A stretch of DNA of 64,000 bases from a virus. Below, piece by piece: positions 62,437 to 64,000 of the stretch. Each line of letters opens with the position of its first letter. Positions within the stretch are counted from its first letter, which is position 1. The stretch covers positions 9,113 through 73,112 of IMG/VR virus record IMGVR_UViG_3300023171_000009, one strand, 5' to 3'. Position numbers and translations under genes: made by a program. Below the pieces are notes generated by a model that had not been told where the DNA came from, did not search any database, and worked only from the letters and a program-made list of their open reading frames with translations.

Positions 62437-63348
62437 TTAGGGCTCGATGGCTGAGTAAACCCGGCAGGCTGCGTCCGTTGTTCCGAGCGGGACGATGGTG
62501 ATGGTGGCGGTCTTCCCCGCCGCAAGGCTGACTGGCAGGGCAGAGCCTTGAGGCTTCCAGGCCGGCCATGTGAGAGTGAAGGTCGATACCCCGCCCGTGA
62601 GGTAAAGAGTTAGCGGCTTTCCTGACGCCAGATTATTCGTCGTAAACGTGGTGTTGCCCGCCAAAGTATAGGTTTTCCCCGGATCGCCCGCGAAATCCAA
62701 TACTGTCCCGCCGGTCAGCGCTGAAATTGTATACGTATTATTCCCGATGGTTGTTCCCGCGATGGTGCCGCCCGTGATCGCAACGGCGGCGGCGGATTGG
62801 GTGGCTATGGTGCCGGTCCCGGCGGCGGCGCGGAGGGCGGCGGCATCAGCCAGCGCCAGCACGGCGCGACCGTAACTGGTGGTGGATAGCGCCGCGATGG
62901 CGGTTAAGTCGGAATCAAGCGGCTGGGACGCGGCAATAGCGGCGGCCTGCGCGGCTGCTATTGCCGTGGCCTGCGCGGTGCTGACCGGCTTATTCGCGTC
63001 AGTGGTGGCGTCCAGTATGCCTAATTTCGTGAAGTCCGCAGGAGCTAAAAGACCAGCATTTGTTCCTGTAGCCAAGGACAGCGTAACTCCTGTTCCGTTA
63101 GAATTGGCCATTACGTAATTCGTAGGTGAAGCCGTGCCTGTCAGGTTAGAGGCAGTTAGCGTCCTCATTTCCGTAGGCGTTATCTGCCTCGCCCTTGCAC
63201 CAGAAGCCTGACTGGCATCATAAACGGAAAAGTAATCCGCTGTTAGATCAAGGGCGGATGCTGTTGTTACAGGAGCCGGATAAATAGGCTCATCGGATTT
63301 TGCAATCGTTGCAAAAAGAAGTGTGAGTAGGAATAGTGTGTATTTCAT
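62437..63348 (-). CDS. Tail-fibre-like protein with N-terminal signal peptide
   Basis: DANKPVSTAQ, QPLDSDLTAIAAL, GTIATQ..AVAITGG fibre motifs; MKYTLFLLTLLFATIA. Confidence 0.7.
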   Translation of the reverse strand: MKYTLFLLTLLFATIAKSDEPIYPAPVTTASALDLTADYFSVYDASQASGARARQITPTEMRTLTASNLTGTASPTNYVMANSNGTGVTLSLATGTNAGLLAPADFTKLGILDATTDANKPVSTAQATAIAAAQAAAIAASQPLDSDLTAIAALSTTSYGRAVLALADAAALRAAAGTGTIATQSAAAVAITGGTIAGTTIGNNTYTISALTGGTVLDFAGDPGKTYTLAGNTTFTTNNLASGKPLTLYLTGGVSTFTLTWPAWKPQGSALPVSLAAGKTATITIVPLGTTDAACRVYSAIEP

Positions 63349-63377
63349 TGTATGGTAAAAAGGTGTTAGTTTATTTA

Positions 63378-64000
63378 TCAGTTTATAGTGGCATTACCGC
63401 CGTCAATGAGCGCTCTTTGCCCATCAATAGTTCCATAACTTACAGTCGGAGGAGTTGTGGATTTTGTGCGGATCGTTACTTTGCCAATACTTATGTTATC
63501 ACTAGTGTGTCCGACTTTTGGGACAAGCGAGATTGAGTTGCTAAATGAAGAAGAAACTGTCTGTGTATATGCTATGGACCTACTAAACGATAAAATCTCC
63601 ATTCGTTTAGCCTGCGGATAATAGCGTATTCCTACGTCTTGGGTTGTAGGTTGATCAATTTGAATAGGCGTAACCGTTTGGCTCAAATAAGCATTAGCTT
63701 GCCTAACTACAGCATTAAGATTATAGCTGGTAGAACTGGCACAAAGTCCAGCAATAGCTTCTGTTCCTACAGAAGCGGTAGCGGCATTAGCAAAGCCTAT
63801 AGTAAATGAACCTCCCTTGATGGTGACTCCTTCACAGTAGATTTCAACCATTGAATAATCCGCCAAATTAAGCGGAGTAGTTCCCTGAAGTTCGAATCTA
63901 CGTCCGCTTTGATTGCCTGCGGAAGTAATACCGTTAGTCGAATTAAAACTATAAGTTACAGGACCGGTTGTAAAAGCTTGCGTAAGAAACGAAGGAAGGG
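63378..64000 (-). CDS. Beta-rich tail-associated protein, 5' part outside window
   Basis: Frame of the track ORF stays open to the window edge (LPSFLTQAFTTGPV...). Confidence 0.65.
   Translation of the reverse strand, partial: LPSFLTQAFTTGPVTYSFNSTNGITSAGNQSGRRFELQGTTPLNLADYSMVEIYCEGVTIKGGSFTIGFANAATASVGTEAIAGLCASSTSYNLNAVVRQANAYLSQTVTPIQIDQPTTQDVGIRYYPQAKRMEILSFSRSIAYTQTVSSSFSNSISLVPKVGHTSDNISIGKVTIRTKSTTPPTVSYGTIDGQRALIDGGNATIN

Larger units (their letters stand above)
7199..63257 (+). repeat. Dispersed strand-polar 9-mer CAAGGGCRG
   Basis: + strand copies at 7199,9489,12776,13518,17325,21674,23025,34584,41203,43930,46777,48250,52882,54580,55750,56765,57246,60736,63249; only two reverse copies seen (3568, 59232). 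Confidence 0.85.
256..63314. repeat. Dispersed quasi-palindromic 13-14 bp site (T)TGCAA-CGA-TTTCA, ~46 copies, both orientations
   Basis: Exact core TGCAACGATTTCA (either strand) in 14-mers starting at 3180,5697,12065,14465,18180,19136,20772,21774,22721,26135,27799,31028,32702,34628,35642,38436,39936,42342,46140,47142,49362,50001,50519,53646,55046,57483,59484,60972; variants at 256,7343,8286,10084,11645,23942,24646,25373,27544,29261,37720,42012,44326,48416,48973,50986,56544,63301. Confidence 0.97.

Noticed and set aside
7199-63257. CYGCCCTTG as a phage promoter -35
   Set aside because: A -10 fits at 34584 and 7199 but not at 9489, 13518, 17325 or 21674
256-63314. 14-bp repeats as a CRISPR array or IS ends
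   Set aside because: Too short, irregularly spaced by kilobases, in both orientations and inside genes; no cas or transposase genes
3180-63314. 14-bp site as simply a TTGCAA -35 element
   Set aside because: Most copies have no -10 at a usable distance and about half point against transcription; overlap with a -35 is plausible only in isolated cases such as 60972
1163-63536. All plus-strand ORFs in the track
   Set aside because: They are antisense shadows of well-supported minus-strand genes, with no recognisable motifs
1-64000. Integrase/att site, reverse transcriptase (DGR/retron) or stop-codon reassignment
   Set aside because: No such genes seen; conserved genes translate intact with the standard code

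Overview
64 kb of a large tailed dsDNA phage (myovirus) genome, about 40% GC by eye, with every credible gene on the minus strand. Read along the coding strand (64 kb -> 1) it contains: tail-fibre/receptor-binding-like genes with a ~2 kb GC-rich insert; a P2-type contractile tail block (sheath, tube, frameshifted chaperone, tape measure, gpU, gpD); membrane/lysis-type genes; an early region of small promoter-led genes; an AAA+/DUF1257/DUF2997-like module; a replication-recombination block (initiator, degenerate loader, DnaB, UDG-like-domain PolA, primase, SSB, SF2 helicase, RecA, Hjc-like, Cas4-like, RuvC); many small accessory genes (GroES, PL3-like lyase, GIY-YIG x2, GNAT, two glycosyltransferases, MazG-like, PUR-like, PAAR, YkuD-like lysin); a tRNA-like gene; and an intein-containing large terminase. 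A PEP-CTERM-like tail and the lack of Shine-Dalgarno sites hint at a Verrucomicrobia/PVC host (inference). The most striking features are outside the ORF track: (1) a quasi-palindromic 13-14 bp site TGCAA-CGA-TTTCA present about 46 times, concentrated at gene junctions, promoters and terminators but also written into coding sequence; (2) a second, strand-polar 9-mer CAAGGGCRG (19 on + vs 2 on -); (3) a ~400 nt non-coding leader with three covarying hairpin units ending in a non-canonical tRNA; (4) further fold-back RNAs, one sequestering a 27-aa hydrophobic peptide. All counts are by eye; family assignments come from motif recognition, not database searches.
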